Below are positions 45,943-54,188 of a stretch of 64,000 nucleotides of DNA, piece by piece. The position numbers were made by a program, and so were the translations under genes. Source of the stretch: a virus; IMG/VR virus record IMGVR_UViG_3300033545_000001, positions 32,001-96,000 of that record. The stretch is one strand, 5' to 3'. Every line of letters starts with the position of its first letter. Position 1 is the first letter of the stretch. The notes beneath the pieces are model-generated. The model was not told the origin of the DNA. It did not search any database and saw only the letters and a program-made list of their open reading frames with translations.

Positions 45943-47007
45943 ATGCCTAATATTTCACTACTTGAGCCAATGGTCCTTAATGGAGTAGTGCAGAAGTTCA
46001 CAGCCCCTCAGAACCTGGCTCTTCTGCCTAATATCCCATCTAGCCCATCAAACGCACCTGACTATGTGACATGGGACGTTCTAAAGGGTAGTCGTCAGCT
46101 TGCAGGCTTCAACCTGCCAGGTGCTGAGGCTCAGACTGTAGACCAGCTTGGTCGTACACAGGAAAGCGCTCAGCTCGCTTACATCCGTCTAAAGAAGGTT
46201 TTCCAGCCACAGCTTATGCACTGGCTACGTGAGCCTGGACAGATTGCTACGACAAATGCTGAGGCTATGGTCCTTCGAGAGCTTCAGGATCTTTCACAGC
46301 GTATTGATCTTGTACAGGAGCAGCTCCTATGGAATGCTCTCCGTGGAACTAGTACAATCACTTACCCAGATGGATCATCAGCAACAGTTAACTATGGTTT
46401 CCCAAGCTCTCACATTGTTACTCCGTCTGTTGGCTGGGCTACAGCTACTCCAGAGAACATCATCAACGATCTTGTTACTTGGAAGCGTCTAGTACAGACA
46501 CACGGTCGCGTTAAGCCAACCACAGCTTACTGTTCAATCTTGACTATTCAGTCTATCTTCAACTCATTCGCAGCTAATGCAACTGCTGTAGTAACAGTTG
46601 GCACACCAACTAATACTCAGGCTGTTGCGCCAATGGGTGGAATGCTTTCAGATCGTATGAAGGACACATACTACACCAACGGAATTCTTCCTGGATTCGC
46701 TGGACTTGACTGGATTCCAGTTGAGGAAGTATACACCAACTCAACAGGTTACCTAACAAGGTTCGTTGGCGATGGTACTTCAAACAACGCTGAGGTCTTC
46801 CTTGGTAACTTCACTGAGCAGCGTCCTTTCGAGGTTAAGCTTGGTAAGTCTGCTGACGACTCAGCTCCAGAAGGAATGTACGGCAAGTTCACCAAGACTT
46901 GGAAGCAGGAAGACCCTTCTGCTCGTATCGTACTAATGGAACTACACTTCCTCCCAGTTGTGTACCGTCCAGAGCAGTTCATCTATTGCGCTAATGCATA
47001 CGCATAA
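45943..47007 (+). CDS. Major capsid protein (lambda gpE-like)
   Basis: AGGAG RBS before ATG 45943; size, position, strong codon bias, downstream terminator. Confidence 0.85.
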   Translation: MPNISLLEPMVLNGVVQKFTAPQNLALLPNIPSSPSNAPDYVTWDVLKGSRQLAGFNLPGAEAQTVDQLGRTQESAQLAYIRLKKVFQPQLMHWLREPGQIATTNAEAMVLRELQDLSQRIDLVQEQLLWNALRGTSTITYPDGSSATVNYGFPSSHIVTPSVGWATATPENIINDLVTWKRLVQTHGRVKPTTAYCSILTIQSIFNSFAANATAVVTVGTPTNTQAVAPMGGMLSDRMKDTYYTNGILPGFAGLDWIPVEEVYTNSTGYLTRFVGDGTSNNAEVFLGNFTEQRPFEVKLGKSADDSAPEGMYGKFTKTWKQEDPSARIVLMELHFLPVVYRPEQFIYCANAYA

Positions 47008-47021
47008 TAATTAATTGATTG

Positions 47022-47052
47022 AGGACCGGCTTCGGCCGGTCCTTTTCATTTT
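47022..47052 (+). terminator. Intrinsic terminator
   Basis: AGGACCGGC-TTCG-GCCGGTCCT then a T tract. Confidence 0.9.
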
Positions 47053-47085
47053 CCGATTGTTTAGATAGACTTTAAGGAGACTAAA

Positions 47086-47400
47086 TTGAAGAATATAAGA
47101 GTATTCAATATTGAAGTCGCTTCAAATGGCGTAGTTGGTATGTTCACTGAGACTCAAATGCCTCAGGGTCCATGTAACGTATATATTACCGGCGGTAATG
47201 AAGAAGTAACTCGTCTGTATGTAGTAGATAGTGACGATCCTAATTCAGCAAGGTTTCCCTTCCAGGGTATCTGGATAACAGATGGCTCGGAGATTTATAT
47301 ATTGAACGCACATCCTAAAGACAGCGTGACATTACAAGTATTGTTCACTCCTGTAGTATTAGAGCAAACAGCTCCTACACAGGAGACCGAGTCAGCATAG
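47086..47400 (+). CDS. Hypothetical protein
   Basis: AAGGAG RBS, CCGAT motif upstream. Confidence 0.65.
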   Translation: MKNIRVFNIEVASNGVVGMFTETQMPQGPCNVYITGGNEEVTRLYVVDSDDPNSARFPFQGIWITDGSEIYILNAHPKDSVTLQVLFTPVVLEQTAPTQETESA

Positions 47401-47414
47401 CACTGGAGATTAGA

Positions 47415-47927
47415 ATGCCTAGAGCATCAACTACTGCACGCACATCTGTCAGAGCTACTAATAAGAAGGAAGTAGTTGAAGAATTGATTGCGGTGGAAGA
47501 AATTCTTCAACAAGAAGTACAGGAAGAGCTAGTAGAGATTGAGAAGATAGAAGAAGCTATTACTGAACTAGAATCACAGAATGATATAATTCTGCTGCAT
47601 TTTGTGAGAGATGGTGTAACAGCTTTCGGCACAGTGTGGTATGCTGGCCAGGAGATAGAAGTTGAGAGAGGCTCAGAGTACTTTAGGCAGACTCTTGATC
47701 GTAATGGAAATTCTTGGCTTGACAGATCAGAAGAAGACAGACTTGAAAAAGGTCCTCTGTCTTGGAAGTTAGGGCCTTCTGAAATTAAGAATGAGCTTAT
47801 AGAATACCCTGAAAACTTTGATCCTCACGGAATGACTTACCATAAAGGTGAATGGCTCGATCTTACAATGCTTAGACTGCGTGCCGAAAAGGAAGTTGCG
47901 AGAGGTCGCAACATTCCTAACAACTAA
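47415..47927 (+). CDS. Hypothetical acidic protein
   Basis: GGAG RBS, virion module context. Confidence 0.65.
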   Translation: MPRASTTARTSVRATNKKEVVEELIAVEEILQQEVQEELVEIEKIEEAITELESQNDIILLHFVRDGVTAFGTVWYAGQEIEVERGSEYFRQTLDRNGNSWLDRSEEDRLEKGPLSWKLGPSEIKNELIEYPENFDPHGMTYHKGEWLDLTMLRLRAEKEVARGRNIPNN

Positions 47928-47936
47928 GGACATTTC

Positions 47937-48542
47937 ATGGGTGACGGATTCCCAACATTTACTGTAGCTCAATTGGCTCAATTCTCTGGCAGGCCACTAC
48001 AGTCATATACCCCATATGCTGATCAAGCATTGATTCAAGCTGTAGTAATTTTTATGCTTGTTACTCAGGTAGAGTCATGGCCTACAGATGCATTATCTCA
48101 GCAGATTGCTACACTGGGCATCCTTCAGTATGCAGATGTATTAGTTCTAGAGCAGCCATTCCAGCAGGTTACTCACAACCCATTCCAGAGTCAGACAATT
48201 GGTTCTACTTCCTACTCTAAGCCAACAGCCTACATGCGTGGAAATGCACAGGCTAATGCTCTTAAGGGTGAGGCTACAGGAATTCCATTCTTTGACTACG
48301 CAGTACAGAAGCTTGCTCTTCGTACAGAGTTCGGCGGAATTTACGGGTTCTCACTAGAGCTTGAAATGGGTCGCGGAGATGGCGATGTTTGGGTACGTGT
48401 AGATCACAAGACTGGTGAAATTAAGCTAGTAGGTCCAGCAGAGCGCGATCGTGAGCTTGGAATCTTCGCTGGTGGAGATATGAATGCTGAGAATTGGCCC
48501 GCCGATGAAGGTAATGGCAGCTCAGGCGGGATGTGGTCATAA
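47937..48542 (+). CDS. Probable head-tail adaptor
   Basis: FQSQTIGSTSYSK motif; synteny. Confidence 0.65.
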   Translation: MGDGFPTFTVAQLAQFSGRPLQSYTPYADQALIQAVVIFMLVTQVESWPTDALSQQIATLGILQYADVLVLEQPFQQVTHNPFQSQTIGSTSYSKPTAYMRGNAQANALKGEATGIPFFDYAVQKLALRTEFGGIYGFSLELEMGRGDGDVWVRVDHKTGEIKLVGPAERDRELGIFAGGDMNAENWPADEGNGSSGGMWS

Positions 48543-49058
48543 GTGGCTAGAGTGCAAGAGCCTTACTGTAATCAGCCACACTGTGAAGATGAGTCTTTTT
48601 CCTTAGACATGTGTAGAAGGCATTATTCTAAGCATTTAAAAGGCAGAGGGCCTAAGTCATGTGAGCATTGCAGTGTTCCTATGAATAATTTAGGCAGAAA
48701 CCAAGGCCAGCGTAAGTATTGTTCTACATGCTCTCCAGTAGGGGATTCTGAAGCTAATCAGCTTTTATGGAAATACCAATTGTCTCGTCCAGAGTATGAT
48801 GCTATGTATGAAGATCAGTTGGGCTTGTGTGCTATGCCAGGGTGTGACAGAGAAGCTAAAGAAGTAGATCACTGGCACGGCTGCACAGAGGGCCATAAAA
48901 ATCATAGGGCTTGTAGTAAGTGTGTTAGAGCATTACTGTGTAGGAATTGTAATAATAGACTAGAGCCAGTGGAGGACGAAATGTTTAGAGAAGCAGCACT
49001 GGCCTATCTAGATCAGTTTGAAAACCCTGGCAGTGGCGGAGGAGGTATGTGGAGCTGA
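48543..49058 (+). CDS. Endonuclease VII-like homing endonuclease
   Basis: KYQLS..EY..M...Q.G.CA...VDHWH...CVRALLC..CN. Confidence 0.85.
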   Translation: MARVQEPYCNQPHCEDESFSLDMCRRHYSKHLKGRGPKSCEHCSVPMNNLGRNQGQRKYCSTCSPVGDSEANQLLWKYQLSRPEYDAMYEDQLGLCAMPGCDREAKEVDHWHGCTEGHKNHRACSKCVRALLCRNCNNRLEPVEDEMFREAALAYLDQFENPGSGGGGMWS

Positions 49059-49528
49059 TGGCTGGCTACAGTAATCTTAGAACTTCATACAGTTCTATTG
49101 TTCAGGTTAGGCGATTGGTAGCTGGATCTGGACCAGGACGTATAAATGGAGCCCCTAACTATACTTGGGGCAATTCTTCAGATATCATTGACGACTATTG
49201 GGGAGTTCCTGGCCAGATGCAGTGCCGTTTGGACGTACAGTTTGTACGTCCTGGTAGTGGAGCTCCTATGCCTGCTGAATCAGCTACAGTGATTCCTCGT
49301 GTTGGAACTGTATTCTATGATATTCCAGACGATCCTTCCTATGTAAGGGCTGGAGATCATTTAATAGGTATATCAGGAGCTTTCGCTGGAAATACTTTTG
49401 AAATAAGAGTTATTCCTGAACCAGCTCAAGACTATTTTGGCCCAACACACATGGAAGCTCAAATAGTAGAGATTGCTATTGATCTTGATCTATACCCAGG
49501 AGTTGAGCCGGGAAGTATCACGAGGTGA
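49058..49528 (+). CDS. Probable head closure/stopper protein
   Basis: TGATG overlap, GGAGGAGG RBS; VRAGDHL, FEI; synteny. Confidence 0.6.
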   Translation: MAGYSNLRTSYSSIVQVRRLVAGSGPGRINGAPNYTWGNSSDIIDDYWGVPGQMQCRLDVQFVRPGSGAPMPAESATVIPRVGTVFYDIPDDPSYVRAGDHLIGISGAFAGNTFEIRVIPEPAQDYFGPTHMEAQIVEIAIDLDLYPGVEPGSITR

Positions 49529-49531
49529 TGT

Positions 49532-50278
49532 ATGTCAGAGAAGATACATGTCACTGTTGATACTAGTCAGGTAGATAAAGAGCTTAACAGGCTTATACAA
49601 GCTCCTGATATGAAGACTACAGTTGCCTTCAACAGTCTATTCGCTGAAATTACGGCTGAGGTTATGGCCATCATTCACGTAGAGACAGGTTCCCTTAAGA
49701 CAACTGCTAGATGGGAAGTAGATCCTTTTCCAACAGGCTGGCAGGGAACTGTCCATGTCGGTGGAGCAGCTCCAGGCGAGATTAATGATCCTGCATACTA
49801 TGGCGTGTTCGAATTGGCACGTGGAGGATCTCACTTTTTCTTCGCTCCTGCCTATGCCGAAGTGCCTTCAAAGATGACAGACATTATTATGGACTTCTTT
49901 GCTGGTGGGGATGCTGGTATGGCAGAACAAGCTGCCACTCCGACACCAGGAATTGGAGGAGCTGCAAAACTTCTCGGTAAGTCTGTAGAAGGAACTGCCA
50001 GGCATGAGGCTAAGAATACAGAGAAGAAAGTCAAGAAGAAGGTAGAGAAGACTTTCGAGCAGATGGCGAAAGAGGAAGAACGTAGGAATGAGAAACTATT
50101 TCCTGGTGCTTACTCTGGTCGTGGTGGAGAAGGTTTGAAGAGATCTGCCAGTACAAAGGCTGCTCAAGAAGGAGCAGAATCTAGTGATCGTACAGCTGAG
50201 GCTAGTAAATTGTACGGAATAGATTCCCCTAAAATAAAGCCTCATCGCGTCACTAGGGCACGTAGGAGAAACTTCTAA
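49532..50278 (+). CDS. Probable neck/tail completion protein (HK97 gp10-like)
   Basis: HVETGSLK...YGVFE..RG...FFAPA. Confidence 0.6.
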   Translation: MSEKIHVTVDTSQVDKELNRLIQAPDMKTTVAFNSLFAEITAEVMAIIHVETGSLKTTARWEVDPFPTGWQGTVHVGGAAPGEINDPAYYGVFELARGGSHFFFAPAYAEVPSKMTDIIMDFFAGGDAGMAEQAATPTPGIGGAAKLLGKSVEGTARHEAKNTEKKVKKKVEKTFEQMAKEEERRNEKLFPGAYSGRGGEGLKRSASTKAAQEGAESSDRTAEASKLYGIDSPKIKPHRVTRARRRNF

Positions 50279-50829
50279 TGGCTATTATAGCTGGTAACAA
50301 TAATTATCCTGATGACATTGTGCGCGGCTGTGTAAAGTATCTACTTGGCATACCTGATGTCGCCAATATTGTAGGAGCTGATTTCAACGGTCCTTGGATA
50401 TTTGAAGGTACCTGCGGGGTTAGAATGCAAGGTCAGTCTGTCAAGACTCCAGGCAGCGCAGTGACTTCTCTAGTAGTATACAGGGCTGGTAATTGGGGCA
50501 CTCCAGCGCCAGGCATGACTGCTGAATTTCCGAAGTTGGGATTTGAAATCTGGGCAGATCCTCCCAGAGAGATTAATCCCGATACTGGAAAGGGAGAAGT
50601 AACTCGTCCACAAGATGCTAGAATAGCATCTGACTATCTTTACAGTGCTTTAGACTATTACATGAATAGAACATCCCGAGGATTGGTGATGTTCGGTGAT
50701 GTATATACATGGGATTCAGTAAGACTGTCTTCAATGTCTTATCTTCCCACAATGCCTGCTGATGATCATACTACTATGGGCACATGCTCATATGGGATAC
50801 AGACAGCAAACTTCTTTACTCCTTCTTAA
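50278..50829 (+). CDS. Probable tail terminator
   Basis: Synteny and size. Confidence 0.5.
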   Translation: MAIIAGNNNYPDDIVRGCVKYLLGIPDVANIVGADFNGPWIFEGTCGVRMQGQSVKTPGSAVTSLVVYRAGNWGTPAPGMTAEFPKLGFEIWADPPREINPDTGKGEVTRPQDARIASDYLYSALDYYMNRTSRGLVMFGDVYTWDSVRLSSMSYLPTMPADDHTTMGTCSYGIQTANFFTPS

Positions 50830-50855
50830 ATAATCATACTTGAGCCCTGGAGGCC

Positions 50856-52031
50856 ATGATGTTACAGAACGAAGGACCGCTCAAGGTCCTTATCTCTGCT
50901 CCTATGTCACGATACAGTGGTTACGGATCAGATGGAATTGATATGGCTTTGGCCCTTGCAGGTAAAGGCGTAGATGTTTATTTGCAGCCAACCAATGTAC
51001 AGCCTCCACTTCCACAAGAAGTCGCCAACCTTCTTACGAAGAATCTAGAAGCTCCTTTTGATCTTATGATTCACCATGTAGATCCAGGTCAGCTTAATGC
51101 TCGTGAAGAACAGCGTGTGGCTTGTGACCTAGTTATTGGATGGTCCATGTGGGAATTCTCAACATTGGATAATCTTTCAGGTAAGTCTTCATTCAAGAAG
51201 CGCACTAAGAACTTTGATGCTCTTGTAGGATACACTGATGTGTGTAAGGGAGCCTTTGAAGATTATGCTCCTAAGAAGATGCCCATAGGAGTTCTTCAAG
51301 GCGGTTTTGACGCTGATCGTTGGAACTACATGGAACGTGATTGGTTCAGTCCTAGATTTAGCTTCATTATGAATGGTCAGCTAGGGGATAGAAAGAATCC
51401 TTGGGTAGCTATTGCTGCTTTCCAAGAATTGAAGGATGAGTATCCTGAAGAGTTTGAACCAGCAGAATTTCATCTTCATACTACAGTAAGAACTATTCCT
51501 CCCATCATTGAGGAAGCAATCCCCAAGCTTAGAATACATTATCAGACATTTACTGATAATGAGATGCATGCATTCTATAAGAGTGGTCATGTTCTTCTTG
51601 CTCCTTCCAGAGGAGAAGGAAAGAATCTTCCGGCTCTTGAGATGTTCTCAGCTGGTGGAAGTGTAATCTACACTAATTGGGGCGGACATAAAAACTGGGG
51701 CTCTGATATGTATGGCTATCCTATCGATTATAATCTTGTGCCTATCGGTAGCAGCAAGTATCCTGACTGCAAGTGGGCTGAAATCGACAAGGATGAATTA
51801 AAGGCAACAATGCTTCATTGCTTCCGTAACAGAGACGAAGTAAGGCTTAAGGGATTAAATGGGTCTAGATTCATTCCAGAAGCTTTCTCCTGGGATACTG
51901 TTATGGATCAGTTCTTTAGAAATCTTCCAGACCTTATACCTGGTAAGGGTCATGAAGTCAAGATGAAGTATGATGATGTACTTCGTGAAACTTCTAGAAG
52001 GTATACGAGTCGAGGCGTTAGATATGCCTGA
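50856..52031 (+). CDS. GT-B (GT4-like) glycosyltransferase
   Basis: SGYG, RKNP, PSRGEGKNLPALE, TNWGG. Confidence 0.85.
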   Translation: MMLQNEGPLKVLISAPMSRYSGYGSDGIDMALALAGKGVDVYLQPTNVQPPLPQEVANLLTKNLEAPFDLMIHHVDPGQLNAREEQRVACDLVIGWSMWEFSTLDNLSGKSSFKKRTKNFDALVGYTDVCKGAFEDYAPKKMPIGVLQGGFDADRWNYMERDWFSPRFSFIMNGQLGDRKNPWVAIAAFQELKDEYPEEFEPAEFHLHTTVRTIPPIIEEAIPKLRIHYQTFTDNEMHAFYKSGHVLLAPSRGEGKNLPALEMFSAGGSVIYTNWGGHKNWGSDMYGYPIDYNLVPIGSSKYPDCKWAEIDKDELKATMLHCFRNRDEVRLKGLNGSRFIPEAFSWDTVMDQFFRNLPDLIPGKGHEVKMKYDDVLRETSRRYTSRGVRYA

Positions 52032-52308
52032 GGTTGAAATTAGATGCCCTGAAGGGCCTCAGCGATTATTCATGAAGATGAGGCTGAGTGATAATGCTGA
52101 TGAGCGTCCTCATATAATTCAAGGTCTCAACTTGATGGAACTTGCTTGTTCCGATTGTGCCAGAGCTTACCGCAAAAGAGATCCAGAAATATTCAGAATA
52201 CTTCATCGTTATGCCATAGATGGAGATCTGGTAGAAAGCATAGTACAGTATAAAGATGGATCTGAAGTGATTAACAGCATATGGGATGTAACTGCCGATT
52301 ATAAGTAG
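52024..52308 (+). CDS. Small zinc-ribbon-like protein
   Basis: EIRCP...LF.K...ELACSDC; GAGG RBS before ATG 52024. Confidence 0.6.
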   Translation: MPEVEIRCPEGPQRLFMKMRLSDNADERPHIIQGLNLMELACSDCARAYRKRDPEIFRILHRYAIDGDLVESIVQYKDGSEVINSIWDVTADYK

Positions 52309-52362
52309 GAGAGGCCGTGAGCCTCAGCTTACGCACTTTCTGTATAGTGAGGTTTATACAAT

Positions 52363-52971
52363 ATGGCACAGCTCTTCTCAGGGAATGACGAAGCCTTCTC
52401 TCTGATTGCGGCTTCTATTCTTAACGGAACTACTGGCGCTGAAGCTCAGCCCATCTATGGTATCCGTACAGGAACCCTATCTGCTAACATCAGCCAGTTT
52501 GACAATACTGGTAATGACCGTGTGCTATCGCACTGGGTATGGTCAGACTACGCCACAGTGACAATTGAGTCTGGATACATTCCATGGGCAATGTATGCTA
52601 ACATTACTGGTACATCTATTACATCTTCAGGTACAGCTGGCGCTGACTACTACGCCTTGCCTCTCTGGGACTACAATTCGCTGAACCAGCCAACTCAGTC
52701 AATGCGTCTACGTTCTGCTTCTAAGGATTCCCTTGGACAAGTTCGTACATTTGACATGATTCTTTACAAGGTTCAGTTCAACCCAATCAACTTCACAGGT
52801 CCAGCTTACAAGACAGGTCTTACCTTCTCTTGCTCTGGAACTGCCTTGTACTCTCAGTTTGACGAGGCTGGAAACACTCTAACCAACCTATGTATTGGTA
52901 GAATCGTTTCTTCTCCTGGACAGGCTGGATTCTCAACAACAGCCTCTTACGGTCAAGGTCTTTCTACCTGA
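52363..52971 (+). CDS. Major tail tube protein
   Basis: About 200 aa, Thr/Ser/Gly-rich, directly before the chaperones and tape measure. Confidence 0.75.
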   Translation: MAQLFSGNDEAFSLIAASILNGTTGAEAQPIYGIRTGTLSANISQFDNTGNDRVLSHWVWSDYATVTIESGYIPWAMYANITGTSITSSGTAGADYYALPLWDYNSLNQPTQSMRLRSASKDSLGQVRTFDMILYKVQFNPINFTGPAYKTGLTFSCSGTALYSQFDEAGNTLTNLCIGRIVSSPGQAGFSTTASYGQGLST

Positions 52972-52993
52972 TCTTAGTCAGATGCTCGTGGGA

Positions 52994-53013
52994 TGGCCCC
53001 TCGCAAGAGGGGC
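52994..53013 (+). terminator. Hairpin after the tail tube gene
   Basis: GGCCCCTC-GCAA-GAGGGGCC; weak U tract. Confidence 0.55.
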
Positions 53014-53072
53014 CTCTCCCTTAAAACTTAATATAACATTAATTATCGATAAGCCTCGGAGGCTAGAAACTA

Positions 53073-53645
53073 ATGTCTGAACTAGACGCGCTTGATCCCG
53101 TACCAGGTACTATTACTTTATCCACTGGTGCTGAGGTCAAGCTTCTTGATTTGAAGGCCCGACAGTTCTTCAAGCTGCTACGTATCATTTCTCATGGTCC
53201 AGCTATGGCAGCTCTCTCTAACTCTAATAACCTGCTTCAGGGCGATCCTGAAGCAGTTGTTATGCGTCTAGTCGGATTCCTTCTAGTGAGTATCCCAGAT
53301 GCTTACGATGAGACACTTGCATTCCTTCAGGACATGGTACAGCCAATTGATCTTAAGGAAATTCCTACCAATGGTGACAAGGTATCAAAACAGTCTGCCA
53401 CTGAGCATAATCAGGCACAGTGGAATGAACTTGCCAAGGCTTTGGACAATCCAGAGATCGAAGATGTTGTAGATCTAGTAGACGCCATTATCAAGCGTGA
53501 GTCAGCTGATCTGGTGGCCCTGGGAAAAAAGGTAGCCAGCCTGTTCCGAGTAGCGGAGAAGACAGGCCAGTTAGAGAAGCCTACACCCCAGAAATCCCAG
53601 GGTCAGAGTACCTCGGGGGCTTCAGCAAAGCGTTCGACACGATAA
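53073..53645 (+). CDS. Tail assembly chaperone (G-like)
   Basis: Position; contains GGGAAAA slippery site at 53522. Confidence 0.8.
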   Translation: MSELDALDPVPGTITLSTGAEVKLLDLKARQFFKLLRIISHGPAMAALSNSNNLLQGDPEAVVMRLVGFLLVSIPDAYDETLAFLQDMVQPIDLKEIPTNGDKVSKQSATEHNQAQWNELAKALDNPEIEDVVDLVDAIIKRESADLVALGKKVASLFRVAEKTGQLEKPTPQKSQGQSTSGASAKRSTR

Positions 53646-54097
53646 GTTCTGAGTATGGATGGTCAGACAAGAAGGTAATGAATCTGACCATTAAGCGTAT
53701 CAGGCAGATCACTGCTGCTATAGCTGAGAGAAAGTTCTATGAGGACAAGAGAAATCGTTCTTACAGTACTTGGACCGTGCAATCTCTAGCTCATATTATA
53801 GCCTCTAATGGAATGTTGGATGAGAAGAGTTCTAAGAAGATTCATGAGTATATTAGTGAAGACATATTCTTAGAAATCCCAGCTGAGCGTGAAATCAGAG
53901 AGAAGCAGAAGGTCAAGGATATTGCCAATAGTTTCAAAGATCTTGGCGATTACGAGCGTATCATGCAAAATCTTCCAGAAGGCTTTACTGGGGGAATGGG
54001 AGCTATGGGAGGGCTCGCGGCTATTGCTGAAACTTCCTCAAGTGGTGAAATGTTAATTAGTATTGCCGATCTACCTGACGGCCCTCCTGAGCTGTAA
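53522..54097 (+). CDS. Tail assembly chaperone -1 frameshift extension (GT-like)
   Basis: The -1 frame is open from GGGAAAA through EYGWSDKKVMNLT into ORF 53678..54097. Confidence 0.8.
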   Translation, partial: GKKGSQPVPSSGEDRPVREAYTPEIPGSEYLGGFSKAFDTISSEYGWSDKKVMNLTIKRIRQITAAIAERKFYEDKRNRSYSTWTVQSLAHIIASNGMLDEKSSKKIHEYISEDIFLEIPAEREIREKQKVKDIANSFKDLGDYERIMQNLPEGFTGGMGAMGGLAAIAETSSSGEMLISIADLPDGPPEL

Positions 54098-54128
54098 GAA
54101 GGTCGATAGTAGTATTGGATAGACTTAG

Positions 54129-54160
54129 AACCGACACAGACTATCTGTGTCGGTTTCTTT
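54129..54160 (+). terminator. Intrinsic terminator-like hairpin before the tape measure gene
   Basis: AACCGACACAGA-CTA-TCTGTGTCGGTT then TCTTT. Confidence 0.7.
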
Positions 54161-54188
54161 GTTAGAGCGCATGACGCGGAGGTAAGCA

